A stretch of DNA of 64,000 nt from Candidatus Poribacteria bacterium (lineage in GTDB: Bacteria; Poribacteria; WGA-4E; WGA-3G), in the NCBI GenBank assembly GCA_965198235.1, contig OZ240248.1, forward strand, positions 3,360,001-3,424,000, given 5' to 3'. Below, piece after piece: positions 29,605 to 39,530 of this stretch. The stretch's first letter is position 1. Every line of letters begins with the position of its first letter. The notes under the pieces are model-generated. The model did not search any database and had not been told where the DNA came from. It saw only the letters and a program-made list of their open reading frames with translations. A program made the position numbers and the translations under genes.

Positions 29605-30423
29605 ATGCGAAGTAACCGTTTGTCGAATGCTTATGACATCCACACCGCTGTACTCTCCAATGAAGAGGTAGCGGAAGCGCATTATCTATTGCGTTGTGAG
29701 TGTGCTGAGATCGCGCGGCATGCGCGTCCGGGGCAGTTCGTCCACGTCATGATTTCGCAGGATACAGGAATGTTGCTCCGTCGTCCTTTCACTATCTATA
29801 CGGTGGAAGGGCCCGAGATAACGATGCTCTATCAGATCATCGGCGAAGGGACAAAGCAATTGTCGGAGATGCCGACAGGCACATCTTTACAAGTCTTAGG
29901 ACCGCTCGGCAATACGTTTAATCTTACCACAGAGCCTGAGCCAGCGATTCTTGTTGGTGGGGGTGCCGGTATTGCCTCGCTCATGTTACTGGCTGCTGCC
30001 TTGCGCGAAAAAGATATACAAACGCTTGGATTAGTAGGAGCACAACATCGTTCTCGACTTTTGAGCGTGACAGATTTGGAATCTATCGGCATCGCAGTAC
30101 ATATCGCTACAGACGATGGGAGCATCGGACATCACGGGTATGTAACGGATGTCCTCGCAGGCCTCCTTGGGAAAACCGACTGGTGCCGTCCGACGATTTA
30201 TGCATGTGGACCTCATGGAATGCTCGCTGCTGTTACAAAAATTGCCGCTGACTTTGAGGTGCCAGCCCAAATTGCTATGGAGAATCGGATGGGGTGCGCG
30301 ATGGGGGTGTGTCTCGGCTGTGTTTGCCCTGTCCGAATAGACACGAATCGTGTTGAATACCAACGTGTTTGCACCGAAGGTCCGGTCTTTAATGCTACCG
30401 ACATTGCGTGGAACGTTTTTTAG
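29605..30423 (+). CDS. pyrK: Dihydroorotate dehydrogenase electron transfer subunit
   Basis: PGQFV, LRRPF, GPLGN, GGGAG, CGP, MGCAMGVCLGC...CTEGPVF. Confidence 0.85.
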   Translation: MRSNRLSNAYDIHTAVLSNEEVAEAHYLLRCECAEIARHARPGQFVHVMISQDTGMLLRRPFTIYTVEGPEITMLYQIIGEGTKQLSEMPTGTSLQVLGPLGNTFNLTTEPEPAILVGGGAGIASLMLLAAALREKDIQTLGLVGAQHRSRLLSVTDLESIGIAVHIATDDGSIGHHGYVTDVLAGLLGKTDWCRPTIYACGPHGMLAAVTKIAADFEVPAQIAMENRMGCAMGVCLGCVCPVRIDTNRVEYQRVCTEGPVFNATDIAWNVF

Positions 30424-30551
30424 TTGGACGCAAGACGTAAAAGGGACCGTTAAATATCGGCTTCATCTCAGGATCTACAGGCTGCCGTTGTTGCCTGCTT
30501 GCATCATTCTTAAACTGGTTTAATTATAACCAATCTGATTGAGATTGATCG

Positions 30552-30640
30552 GAAACCCGATTTTTTGACCCTCAACTCGTCTTCCACATTTTGTGAAGGC
30601 ACGAGTTGATGATCAAAACGGAAAAATCGGAGCGGAAACC
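30552..30640. repeat. Palindromic 'CCCGATTTTTTGAC..TCAACTCG...CGAGTTGATGATCAAAAC.GAAAAATCGG' element upstream of bioB
   Basis: Arms closely match 41399-41490. Confidence 0.8.
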
Positions 30641-30654
30641 CAATTGTTAAAAAC

Positions 30655-31734
30655 ATGGAAACAACATTTTATCAAGAATTAACAACCATTAGCCTCAACG
30701 GCGAGTTTCTTTCCGATGCTACTTGTGAGAAACTTTTAACTGCATCGGAAATAGAATTACTCCCGCTTCTGGATGCAGCGTATCAGGTTCGCAAAACCTA
30801 CTTTCAGAATGAGGTACAACTGCATATCCTCAACAACGCCCAGAACGGCTACTGTCCAGAGGATTGCCACTATTGCGCCCAGGCGAGTTCCGCAACGACA
30901 GACATTGAAGCCTACCCCTTAAAACCTGATACCGAGATTCTGGCAGAAGCTGAACGTGCTTATGAATCCGGCGCGTATCGCTACTGCATTGTAATGAGTG
31001 GACGCGGTCCCTCACCAAAACGAGTCGCTCACCTTGCAAAACTCATCCGCACTGTAAAAGCGCGCTACCCGATCGAAGTGTGTCTCTCCGCTGGATTGAT
31101 TGATGTAGAATCTGCTGGTATCTTAAAGTCCGCGGGATTGGACAGACTGAACCATAACCTGAATACTTCCGAAGCCCATTATCCAAAGATATGTAGCACG
31201 CATAGCTATCAGGATAGGATGGATACATTGCAAGCCGCCCAAACGGTCGGGCTTGCCTGTTGTTCAGGTGTGATCGTGGGAATGGGTGAAGGGATAGATG
31301 ATTTAATTAAGGTGGCAAAAGCACTTCGACAACTTGAGGTAGCCTCACTCCCCGTAAACTTTTTCTTGCCAATATCTGGCACGCAACTGCTGGAAACGCC
31401 TACGCTAACGCCTGATTATTGTCTACGCGTTTTATGTCTTTACCGATTCCTGAATCCGCGGGCTGAAATACGGGTCGCTGCAGGCAGGGAACACCATTTT
31501 CGGAGCATGGAGGTAATGGCACTCTATCCAGCAAATTCGATGTTTATAGACGGCTACCTGAATGCGGAAGGCTCGACAGCATCTCGCACGCTTCAGATGA
31601 TCAGAGATGCCGGGTTTACGGTGAAAACAAACGATGATGATGCGGAACAACTCAAGCAGGAAGAGACAGAAAAAAGAGATGTGCTTCTCAAGGAGTTGAA
31701 AGTACTTCGCCCGCACATGGAATCCGATGCTTAG
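30655..31734 (+). CDS. bioB: Biotin synthase
   Basis: CPEDCHYCAQ radical SAM motif, NHNLNTS, VPVN-like LPVNF, IRVAAGRE. Confidence 0.93.
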   Translation: METTFYQELTTISLNGEFLSDATCEKLLTASEIELLPLLDAAYQVRKTYFQNEVQLHILNNAQNGYCPEDCHYCAQASSATTDIEAYPLKPDTEILAEAERAYESGAYRYCIVMSGRGPSPKRVAHLAKLIRTVKARYPIEVCLSAGLIDVESAGILKSAGLDRLNHNLNTSEAHYPKICSTHSYQDRMDTLQAAQTVGLACCSGVIVGMGEGIDDLIKVAKALRQLEVASLPVNFFLPISGTQLLETPTLTPDYCLRVLCLYRFLNPRAEIRVAAGREHHFRSMEVMALYPANSMFIDGYLNAEGSTASRTLQMIRDAGFTVKTNDDDAEQLKQEETEKRDVLLKELKVLRPHMESDA

Positions 31735-31764
31735 TTTAGGCGGAAATGGTATTAAGGGAAGGAC

Positions 31765-32739
31765 CTAATAGCAGTCGCAGTGTTCTTCCTCATGGATGTC
31801 CATGTATTGTTGGGGTGTTTGAGGTGCTGTTGCTATTACTCCACCACCGGTTTTGATTTTTTCAAAATCAATACGCCTTATGTCTTGTGGAATCACAAAA
31901 TCTGACTGCAACAGATCCCAATCTTTATCGGCAATTGTAACGATTTCATCGCGATAGAAACTTACCCAAACGTCCCCAATTTTAGAGTTTGGTGATTCTT
32001 GTGCCAATTTGCGTTGTGTGATTTCTACGTATTGGGGATCCAAATCTATACCGATAACTTTTCTTCCTAATCTCGCGGCAGCCACGGCTGTTGTGCCGGT
32101 TCCCATAAATGGATCTAAGACTATATCTCCCTCGTCCGTGCTCATCAAGATGAGACGTTCTAAAAGATGAACTGGGAGTTGGCAAGGGTGCGGATCCCTA
32201 TGTTTATTATGACGGATGCGATGAATATCCGACCAGTTATCAGAAACAAGCGGTCCAAAGGGATGCAAAATCTTCTTTTTTCCGCCATAGTCTTTCAACA
32301 AATATTCACACTTCCTGCACCGTCTATGTGGATAGCGAATTTCATAAAATTTGTTTTCCTGTTGATTCTTGGCATAAAACAGAATGCCATAATGGGATGG
32401 TTGCAAAGTTTTGCCCATTGGAGAGGTTGGAGCATCCCATGCAATCCAGTGTCGAAAATCTGCGACTTCGTTTAGGAAACCGGCATAGTAGAGGAGCCAC
32501 TTTGGAATGTTGTGGACAAAGATGGAGCCACTTGGTTTCGTAATCCTGACCATCTCGTGTATCCACTGCCTGCACCAATTGAGATAATCGTCTGTCTCTT
32601 TTTTGTCTTTGTAAGTTCCGTACTTCTTTTTGAGATTGAAGGGTGGGTCGGCAAATGTAACGTCGATGCTGTCTGACGGTATGTCCTGCATGACCTCTAT
32701 ACAATCACCGTGAATGATTTTATTGATATATTTTTCCAT
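31765..32739 (-). CDS. Site-specific DNA amino-methyltransferase (N6_N4_Mtase, beta class)
   Basis: DPPF (motif IV) precedes HPCQLP and VLDPFMGTGTT (motif I). Confidence 0.9.
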   Translation of the reverse strand: MEKYINKIIHGDCIEVMQDIPSDSIDVTFADPPFNLKKKYGTYKDKKETDDYLNWCRQWIHEMVRITKPSGSIFVHNIPKWLLYYAGFLNEVADFRHWIAWDAPTSPMGKTLQPSHYGILFYAKNQQENKFYEIRYPHRRCRKCEYLLKDYGGKKKILHPFGPLVSDNWSDIHRIRHNKHRDPHPCQLPVHLLERLILMSTDEGDIVLDPFMGTGTTAVAAARLGRKVIGIDLDPQYVEITQRKLAQESPNSKIGDVWVSFYRDEIVTIADKDWDLLQSDFVIPQDIRRIDFEKIKTGGGVIATAPQTPQQYMDIHEEEHCDCY

Positions 32740-32778
32740 AAGGCACCTCAAATGATTCCGGAATTTGTTAACACAGAC

Positions 32779-33004
32779 GTAGGTTGGGTTGAGCGGGAAA
32801 AGACAAGGGAGCACGTTGTTTATGCAGAAGTTTCCGCTTTTCTATGCCCATCCATATAGATATAGCGAAACCCAACTCCCCAAACTATAGATGTAAGGAG
32901 GTGTTGGGTTTCACTTGTATTCGGGTAATTTTAGATTTCTCTGCGAAGCGTGAAAGTTATTTTCTGTGTGCGGCTTTCATAGGTCCCCGTTCAACCCAAC
33001 CTAC
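32779..33004. repeat. REPIN-like doublet of GTAG-type REP palindromes
   Basis: GTAGGTTGGGTTGAGCGGG ... GCGAAACCCAAC ... GTTGGGTTTCAC ... CCCGTTCAACCCAACCTAC. Confidence 0.75.
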
Positions 33005-33032
33005 ACACTACAGCAAATTGAATCCCCTAACC

Positions 33033-34322
33033 TTACCCAATCTGCGTCAGACCGCCCATATAGGATTGTAGCACCGCCGGAATACGGACTGTTCCGTCTG
33101 GATTCTGATACGTCTCAAGGAGTGCGATGACAACACGTGGTAATGCTGTACCAGACGCATTCAGCGTGTGAACAAACTCTGGTCTCGCACCGGCTTCACG
33201 GCGGAAGCGGATATTTGCACGACGTGCTTGAAATGCCTCAAAGTTGCTACAGGAGGAGACCTCTAAAAACCGCTGCCGTGCGGGTGCCCAAACCTCAATA
33301 TCGTAGCATTTCGCCGCGGCAAAAGAGAGTTCCACTGTGCAATGTTGCACGACACGATAAGGCAAACCGAGAGCCTGCAGAACGCTTTCGGCGTTCGCCA
33401 ATAGCGTCTTGTGTTCAGCGTACGAGTTTTCAGGCGTGGTAAACTTCACCATCTCCACCTTGTCAAATTGGTGGATACGTTGTAAACCGCGTGTGTCCTT
33501 GCCGTAAGCACCCGCCTCACGCCGGAAACAGGGTGTATAGGCGGTGTAGTAGATAGGCAGTTCATCACCAGAAAGGATCTCACCTGCGAAGATATTTGTC
33601 ATGGGGACCTCGGCAGTCGGAATCAGAAACAGATCGCTGTCCGGGTTCTCCGCATCCCTATCACATCGGTACATATCCGCCTCAAGTTTAGGAATTTGCC
33701 CTGTCCCTGTCATTGCAGGACGGTTGGCGAGGAATGGTGGTGAGATTTCGGTGTAGCCGTGTTGGGTTGTGTGCAAATCAAGCATGAACTGAATCAACGC
33801 ACGCTCCAACCGCGCCCCTAAACCTTTGAAAAGCACAAAATTGCTCCCTGCGACCTTAGTACCGCGTTGAAAATCGACAATATCCAACTCTTCCGCGATT
33901 TCCCAGTGCGGTTTCAACTCAAAATCGAAACTGGGCAATTCACCCCACGTTTTAATTTCGATGTTGTCATCTTCGCTGGTGCCGACGGGTGTGCTTGCCT
34001 CCGGCATATTCGGGATTGTCAACAGGATGGCATCTATCTCGGTTTTAGTGGTGTTGGCTTCGGCGGTGAGTTCCTTGATTTTTTGGGAAAGTTCCCGCAT
34101 CTCCGCGATAGTTTCTGTCGCGTCCTGTTTCGCCTTTTTACGTTCAGCGATTTGTTGTGAGACTTGGTTCTGGTGCGCTTTGAGGGATTGTGTATGTGTC
34201 AAATTCTCGCGCCAGCGTGTATCTAATTCTACCAACCTGTCCAAGTCGGCTTCCGTATGGCGATCTGTTAACATCTGGCGGACATCTTCGATATTTTCGC
34301 GAATAAACTTAAGATCAATCAC
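33033..34322 (-). CDS. serS: Serine--tRNA ligase
   Basis: LIPTAEVP, CFRREAG..GKDTRGL.R.HQFDKVEM, EVSSCSN, HTLNASG. Confidence 0.97.
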   Translation of the reverse strand: MIDLKFIRENIEDVRQMLTDRHTEADLDRLVELDTRWRENLTHTQSLKAHQNQVSQQIAERKKAKQDATETIAEMRELSQKIKELTAEANTTKTEIDAILLTIPNMPEASTPVGTSEDDNIEIKTWGELPSFDFELKPHWEIAEELDIVDFQRGTKVAGSNFVLFKGLGARLERALIQFMLDLHTTQHGYTEISPPFLANRPAMTGTGQIPKLEADMYRCDRDAENPDSDLFLIPTAEVPMTNIFAGEILSGDELPIYYTAYTPCFRREAGAYGKDTRGLQRIHQFDKVEMVKFTTPENSYAEHKTLLANAESVLQALGLPYRVVQHCTVELSFAAAKCYDIEVWAPARQRFLEVSSCSNFEAFQARRANIRFRREAGARPEFVHTLNASGTALPRVVIALLETYQNPDGTVRIPAVLQSYMGGLTQIG

Positions 34323-34472
34323 GGCGGTGCCGCTCCTCTATTGTCGGTGTTGCTTGAATACCTATATTCAGAAGTGAGATTCGTAGATTGCTGCTATGTG
34401 GTGGATCGTCTTGTAACGAAAAAACCACAGCATTGTAAAACACAACCTGTGGCTAATTCAGCATAATAGAAA

Positions 34473-34547
34473 CGGGCCCGACGGGACTTGAACCCGCGAC
34501 CTCCTGCGTGACAGGCAGGCGCGCTAAACCAACTGCGCCACGAGCCC
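34473..34547 (-). tRNA. tRNA-Asp(GTC)
   Basis: GGGCTCGTGGCGCAGTTGGTTTAGCGCGCCTGCCTGTCACGCAGGAGGTCGCGGGTTCAAGTCCCGTCGGGCCCG cloverleaf; no encoded CCA. Confidence 0.95.
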
Positions 34548-34612
34548 ATAGTATTTTCTGTCTTTCAACCTCGAAATCGAGAGACTTTTCATTTTAAGGC
34601 GGTCACGGCAGA

Positions 34613-34686
34613 TAGGCGGGACAGGACTTGAACCTGTGACCTACAGCTTGTAAGGCTGTCGCTCTAGCCACCTGAGCTACCCGCCC
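34613..34686 (-). tRNA. tRNA-Val(TAC)
   Basis: GGGCGGGTAGCTCAGGTGGCTAGAGCGACAGCCTTACAAGCTGTAGGTCACAGGTTCAAGTCCTGTCCCGCCTA. Confidence 0.93.
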
Positions 34687-34751
34687 AGAATCTTTCAATT
34701 CCGCAATCGGAGAAACTTTTCAGCATCACCTCATCTCTAAGGACACTATTA

Positions 34752-34780
34752 AGTATACCACAGAGTTTGGTATTTGTCAA
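34752..34780 (-). promoter_or_regulatory. sigma70 promoter of the tRNA-Val/Asp operon
   Basis: TTGACA, 17 bp, TATACT with extended TG and an upstream A/T-rich UP-like tract. Confidence 0.8.
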
Positions 34781-34895
34781 GAAAAAATTGTATTTTTTTG
34801 AAAAAAATGAAAAAGAATAACTTTTTTCAAAAAAATGGGTTTTCAGGCACTCATTTCGGATGAGTCCTATGCACTATAACCCAATTCCGGTAGAA

Positions 34896-35600
34896 TTATT
34901 CACGTGGCTTGTCATTTCCGCGGTAGGGTCGCTCGCCACGCACCAGCACTTTCTTTGGATTATCTTCCGATGCGAGTTCATCGGTGCTATGGTAACCGAG
35001 TGTCATACTCATCCGCGTGCTATCCGTTTGATTAATCCCAGCCGAATGGATTATCATGCTATCTATAGCGAGCAAACCCCCGGCTGGCATCGGTAACGGA
35101 ATCGCTTGGTTTGCAGCGATTTGCTGAATTGTTTCGTCCTTAACACTCGCGAACGCAGGTAGATGGTGTGAGCCAGGGACAATCCGTGTGCAACCATTCT
35201 CTAAGTTTGTGTCCTCCAGATAAATCAAGACAGTCGCAATTGTCCGGGACCAATGATGTACATCGCGATGCAACTCAAGCGAATGCGTTGAACCTGCGTC
35301 TCGGAGATAGACGTGATTGTGGCGATTCAACACAAATTCTATATTTGAACCCAATAATGATTCCAACGGGTTGAGGATTTCGTCGCAAGTAATCGTTTCT
35401 TGGAAGATGCCACCACGCTGCCAAACAGCAGAGATTCGGATAATTCTACCGTCTTGTCGGGCAACAGGTTCCACGCCTTCTTCCATGTCTTTCAGCGCGG
35501 CCGCTTTAAGTGCCTCCACATGATCCTTAGAGAGTTGCGTCGGAAACCTGATAAAGCCGTTGTGGCGAAACATCTGGATTTCTTGGGGAGTCAGTTCCAT
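34896..35600 (-). CDS. Phytanoyl-CoA dioxygenase (PhyH) family Fe(II)/2OG oxygenase
   Basis: LHRD...ENGCT..VPGSH...IHSA..N...R. Confidence 0.88.
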   Translation of the reverse strand: MELTPQEIQMFRHNGFIRFPTQLSKDHVEALKAAALKDMEEGVEPVARQDGRIIRISAVWQRGGIFQETITCDEILNPLESLLGSNIEFVLNRHNHVYLRDAGSTHSLELHRDVHHWSRTIATVLIYLEDTNLENGCTRIVPGSHHLPAFASVKDETIQQIAANQAIPLPMPAGGLLAIDSMIIHSAGINQTDSTRMSMTLGYHSTDELASEDNPKKVLVRGERPYRGNDKPRE

Positions 35601-35829
35601 CGGTTCTCCTTACCTTGTTTTTAGAATCAATTATAGGATGTTAGTTTAACGTAAATTGATAAGGAAGTCAACAGAGAAATAAGGGAGGTGGGGTTTTCTG
35701 AGAAAGCGGAGACAATTACGCCTTGATAGCGCAATTTGGTAACGAAAGATGAGAATATTTCGTTTTGTTTTATAGGATATGAAATAAAAAATCGGAGAAA
35801 AACAACATCGTGCCAGAGGAGAAAGAATA

Positions 35830-37293
35830 ATGAAAATATGGTGTTCTTGCCTGCTAATCCTTTCTTTGGTAGTATTATCCGGATGTGTAAGCATGTCCGG
35901 TTATAGAGCGGCTTCATCGCGCCATCACGCATATGCCAGCGGACAAATACATGCGACTGCCGCTGAATGGCGTACGCTTATTTCAGAGTTTCAGGAAGTT
36001 ATTGATACAAATACGCAAGGTCCCGCGGCTGATGACGCACAATACGCGATCGCTTCCAGTTGGGTTTGGAGCATCAAAGCCGGTGACACTGAAGCACCTC
36101 AGCAGGCGATTGAGGCTTTCCAGAAACTGATTCGCAGCTATCCTAACTCACGGTATGTACCACGAGCACACTACTGGTTGGGACGTTGCTATACCTATAT
36201 CGGTGACGATTACCAAGCCATCACGCAGTATCAGATTGTGGAGAGTCGCTATGCGGGTTCTGAAATATCCGACCCCGCCCAATTAGAATTGGCACGCGTA
36301 TACATGAGGCAAGGTTACGTCACACGCGCCGAGACGCTCTATGCTAATCTTATCGAATCTTCAACAGATCGGGAAATTATTGTTGCTGCCACTGAGGAAC
36401 TACGACCTCTCAAAACTCAACCATTCAAAATACAACGAAAATCGGTAGTATCGTCTCCTGAAAGTTTAGTTCAAACACAAACGCAATCCAAACCTCAACC
36501 AGAGCCTGCATTACCTATTCCCGAAACGAAAAAACCTTTGGTTCCCGAATCACTGACACGTGAATTTGGATTAACCGCGAAGACGATTGTTATTGATCCT
36601 GGTCATGGAGGCAAAGACCCAGGAGCATTGGGCAGGGGGTCCTTACAAGAGAAAGCCATTGTTCTCAGCATCTCTGAAAAACTTCGTGAGGTATTAACGC
36701 AAAAAGGCTACACTGTCCTGATGACACGTGATACCAATCGTTTCATTCCGCTCAAGGAGCGTACTGCATTCGCAACGCAACGCAAAGCGGACCTCTTTCT
36801 GAGCATTCATGTTAACGGGAGTGAAAGTCCTAAAGCAAAAGGTATCGAAACCTACTATCTGAGCGTCACCAGTACAGACAAAGCCTCAGAAGATATTGCA
36901 TCGCGGGAAAATGCAGACTCAGGCTATAGTATTCAAGAACTGGAAGCACTGCTGAAGGAAATCATACAGGAGAGCAAAAGCGGAGATAGTAAGCGATTGG
37001 CAAGACACGTACAACAAGCATTGGTACAAGCTACAGGCGCGGTCGACCGTGGGGTCAAACACGCGCGGTTTGTCGTTTTGATCGGAACAAACGTACCTGC
37101 TGTCCTCATCGAGACCGGATTTGTATCGAATCCGACGGAAGGACAAAAACTCACAACACAGGCGTATCAACATAAAATCGCCACTGCTATCGCACAGGGC
37201 ATCGAGAAGTTTTTGGGGAAGACCGAGGGAGCACCTCTTGTCAAAGGTGGGAACCCAAAATTTGCCTCTACAAGTGTTGAGAGAAACAGGTAG
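35830..37293 (+). CDS. Lipoprotein: TPR repeats + N-acetylmuramoyl-L-alanine amidase (Amidase_3)
   Basis: LSGC lipobox, TPRs (YPNS.YVP.AHYWLG), IDPGHGGKDPGA, EK, SIH, LIETGF.SN. Confidence 0.9.
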   Translation: MKIWCSCLLILSLVVLSGCVSMSGYRAASSRHHAYASGQIHATAAEWRTLISEFQEVIDTNTQGPAADDAQYAIASSWVWSIKAGDTEAPQQAIEAFQKLIRSYPNSRYVPRAHYWLGRCYTYIGDDYQAITQYQIVESRYAGSEISDPAQLELARVYMRQGYVTRAETLYANLIESSTDREIIVAATEELRPLKTQPFKIQRKSVVSSPESLVQTQTQSKPQPEPALPIPETKKPLVPESLTREFGLTAKTIVIDPGHGGKDPGALGRGSLQEKAIVLSISEKLREVLTQKGYTVLMTRDTNRFIPLKERTAFATQRKADLFLSIHVNGSESPKAKGIETYYLSVTSTDKASEDIASRENADSGYSIQELEALLKEIIQESKSGDSKRLARHVQQALVQATGAVDRGVKHARFVVLIGTNVPAVLIETGFVSNPTEGQKLTTQAYQHKIATAIAQGIEKFLGKTEGAPLVKGGNPKFASTSVERNR

Positions 37294-37303
37294 GGTGTGG
37301 TCA

Positions 37304-39361
37304 ATGAAGTTTTTTCCAGCAAGTTCCCAAACCCAGTTGCACTCTTCGCGAAAACCTGCCCGAAACGAAGTGGAGGGCAGAGCGGATGTCCATAGTTTAA
37401 AAATCTTGCTCGTATGTGTGCTTTTCTGGTGCATCGGTGGACTCAACCCTGCCGTCCCACAGCAAGCACAGATTGCGATTGTCCTACCGACAGCCACATC
37501 CGGGGTATCAGAGGGAGACGTTCAATATGCTCGTTCTGTCGCTAAGCGATTCAGTCGCATGCTCGGCCTCATCGGGTTCACTGCCGACACTTTTGAAGAA
37601 TCATCGCTCTCTAAGGCTCAACTGAAATCCGTTAAGTTGATTGTTCTTCCATTGAACGCTGTCCTGTCAACACAGACGGCGAGCCTCTTGAAAAATTTCG
37701 TTGCGGGTGGTGGTAAACTTTTCGTAACCTATAACTTAGCGGACACGGTGGCACCGATCTTGGGTTTGCGGCAAACGGATTGGTTAAAAGAGGAATCACC
37801 TGGACAGTTTGCTTCAATTCAGCTGAGCGCGCCCGAAATACCTGATATGCCGGCATCTATTAGACAAGTATCGTGGAACATTACAGTCGCAGCACTGACA
37901 GCACCTCAGACGAAAGTTATCGGGTATTGGCACAATATGGCAGGAGAATCGACAAATTTGCCTGCTCTTTTTATGGGCGAAGCGGGTGTATTCTTCAGCC
38001 ACATTTTCCTTCCAGACGACATCCTAACCAAGACACGAATGCTTGCCGCACTTTTGGGACATCTCGTTCCAGAATTTCGGCAGACACTTGCCAAACGGGC
38101 TATAGAGACGATGACCACTGTGGGGCATACAGATGGTCTTGAGGTTTTGGCGATGTTTGTCCAGGAAAGTGGGGTGCCGGAAGCGATAGGTGCCTTGGAA
38201 ACAGGAAAACGTTTGATGGAGAAGGCGCGCGCCGAGTATAACAGTAGGGTTTATAGTCCTGCGATAACTACAGCACGTGCAAGCCGAGAGGCATTTTCAA
38301 AAGCCTATTTCTTGTCGCATATTAGCCTTGAAACCGAGGGGCGCGCCGTGTGGAATCATTCTGGTCTCGGTGCCTATCCCGGCGATTGGGACAGATCCGC
38401 CAAAGAATTGGCAGAGGCAGGCGTGAATATGATTCTCCCAAACATGGCATGGGCAGGGGTGGCGCATTATCCCAGTAAAGTCTTACCACAGAGCAAAACC
38501 TTTACGCAATATGGAGATCAGTTAGCACAGTGCGTTACGGCGGCACGCACGTACGGTTTAGAAGTGCATGTGTGGAAGATTACATGGAATTTGGAAGGTG
38601 CACCGAAAGGATTCGTTGAAAAGATGCGGGAAGATGGACGAACCCAAGTCTCCGCAACCGGAAAGCCACTCAATTGGCTCTGCCCATCACACCCGAAAAA
38701 CGTCCAGTTGGAATTAGAGAGCATACTGGAGATTGTAGCGAATTACGATGTAGATGGCATCCATCTGGATTATATCCGTTATCCCGGAAGCCATGCGTGT
38801 TACTGTGAGGAATGCCGTAAAAGATTCATGCTTGCGACGCGACAGCAGATTGACGAATGGCCCGCCTCGGTTTTGCCGAAGAGTGGGACTTATAGCGATA
38901 AATATATTGAGTGGCGGTCGCAACAAATCACCCGCTTGGTTCGCTTGCTACACAAACGGCTGCGAGAGGCGAACCCTGACATCAAACTTTCTACAGCCGT
39001 CTTCGGAGGTTACCCAGCGTGTGTCACTTCTATCGGACAGGACTGGATTGCATGGGCAAAGGCAGGTTATGTCGATTTCGTGTGCCCAATGAACTATACA
39101 GAGGATACGAACTATTTCACAGAGTTATTAGCCAATCAACTCGCTCTGATGCCGAAGGGGGTAGCCATTTATCCCGGTATTGGCGCGACTGCCACTAATT
39201 CGCTACTGACCTCAGATGCGGTGGTTGAGCAGATATACCGCTCGCGTTCCTTAGGGGCTTCAGGGTGGACAATTTTTGACTATTCCCTTGATATTTCTGA
39301 AACTGTGTTACCCGCACTCGGAATGGGTGTCGGGAAACACAAGGCAGACCCGCCACATTGA
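37304..39361 (+). CDS. Glycosyl hydrolase-like 10 (DUF187/DigH-like) protein with N-terminal extra domain
   Basis: EGRAVW, GLEVHVW, WLCPSHP, YDVDGIHLDYIRYP, QDW..W...G.VD...PMNY. Confidence 0.82.
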   Translation: MKFFPASSQTQLHSSRKPARNEVEGRADVHSLKILLVCVLFWCIGGLNPAVPQQAQIAIVLPTATSGVSEGDVQYARSVAKRFSRMLGLIGFTADTFEESSLSKAQLKSVKLIVLPLNAVLSTQTASLLKNFVAGGGKLFVTYNLADTVAPILGLRQTDWLKEESPGQFASIQLSAPEIPDMPASIRQVSWNITVAALTAPQTKVIGYWHNMAGESTNLPALFMGEAGVFFSHIFLPDDILTKTRMLAALLGHLVPEFRQTLAKRAIETMTTVGHTDGLEVLAMFVQESGVPEAIGALETGKRLMEKARAEYNSRVYSPAITTARASREAFSKAYFLSHISLETEGRAVWNHSGLGAYPGDWDRSAKELAEAGVNMILPNMAWAGVAHYPSKVLPQSKTFTQYGDQLAQCVTAARTYGLEVHVWKITWNLEGAPKGFVEKMREDGRTQVSATGKPLNWLCPSHPKNVQLELESILEIVANYDVDGIHLDYIRYPGSHACYCEECRKRFMLATRQQIDEWPASVLPKSGTYSDKYIEWRSQQITRLVRLLHKRLREANPDIKLSTAVFGGYPACVTSIGQDWIAWAKAGYVDFVCPMNYTEDTNYFTELLANQLALMPKGVAIYPGIGATATNSLLTSDAVVEQIYRSRSLGASGWTIFDYSLDISETVLPALGMGVGKHKADPPH

Positions 39362-39530
39362 CAAGTGTATTCGCTTTCGTTTCTGTATCAGAATTGTAAA
39401 ACATCTTTATTATTACCGCTCCCTAGTTGCGAAATAGAACCCAATTTTTTATGTATCTTACCCCCAGATTCTCCTTGCATACCGTTGATAAATCGTGTAA
39501 ACTAAATTGAAAGAAGAAAAAGGTGATACC

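Noticed and set aside
30424-30545. Short 'GPLNIGFIS' peptide after pyrK as a gene remnant; pyrD not adjacent
   Set aside because: Too short to assign; separation of pyrK from pyrD is not unusual.
34419-34452. Intrinsic terminator after tRNA-Asp (minus strand)
   Set aside because: 6-bp stem with a 16-nt loop plus U-tract; plausible but too weak to call.
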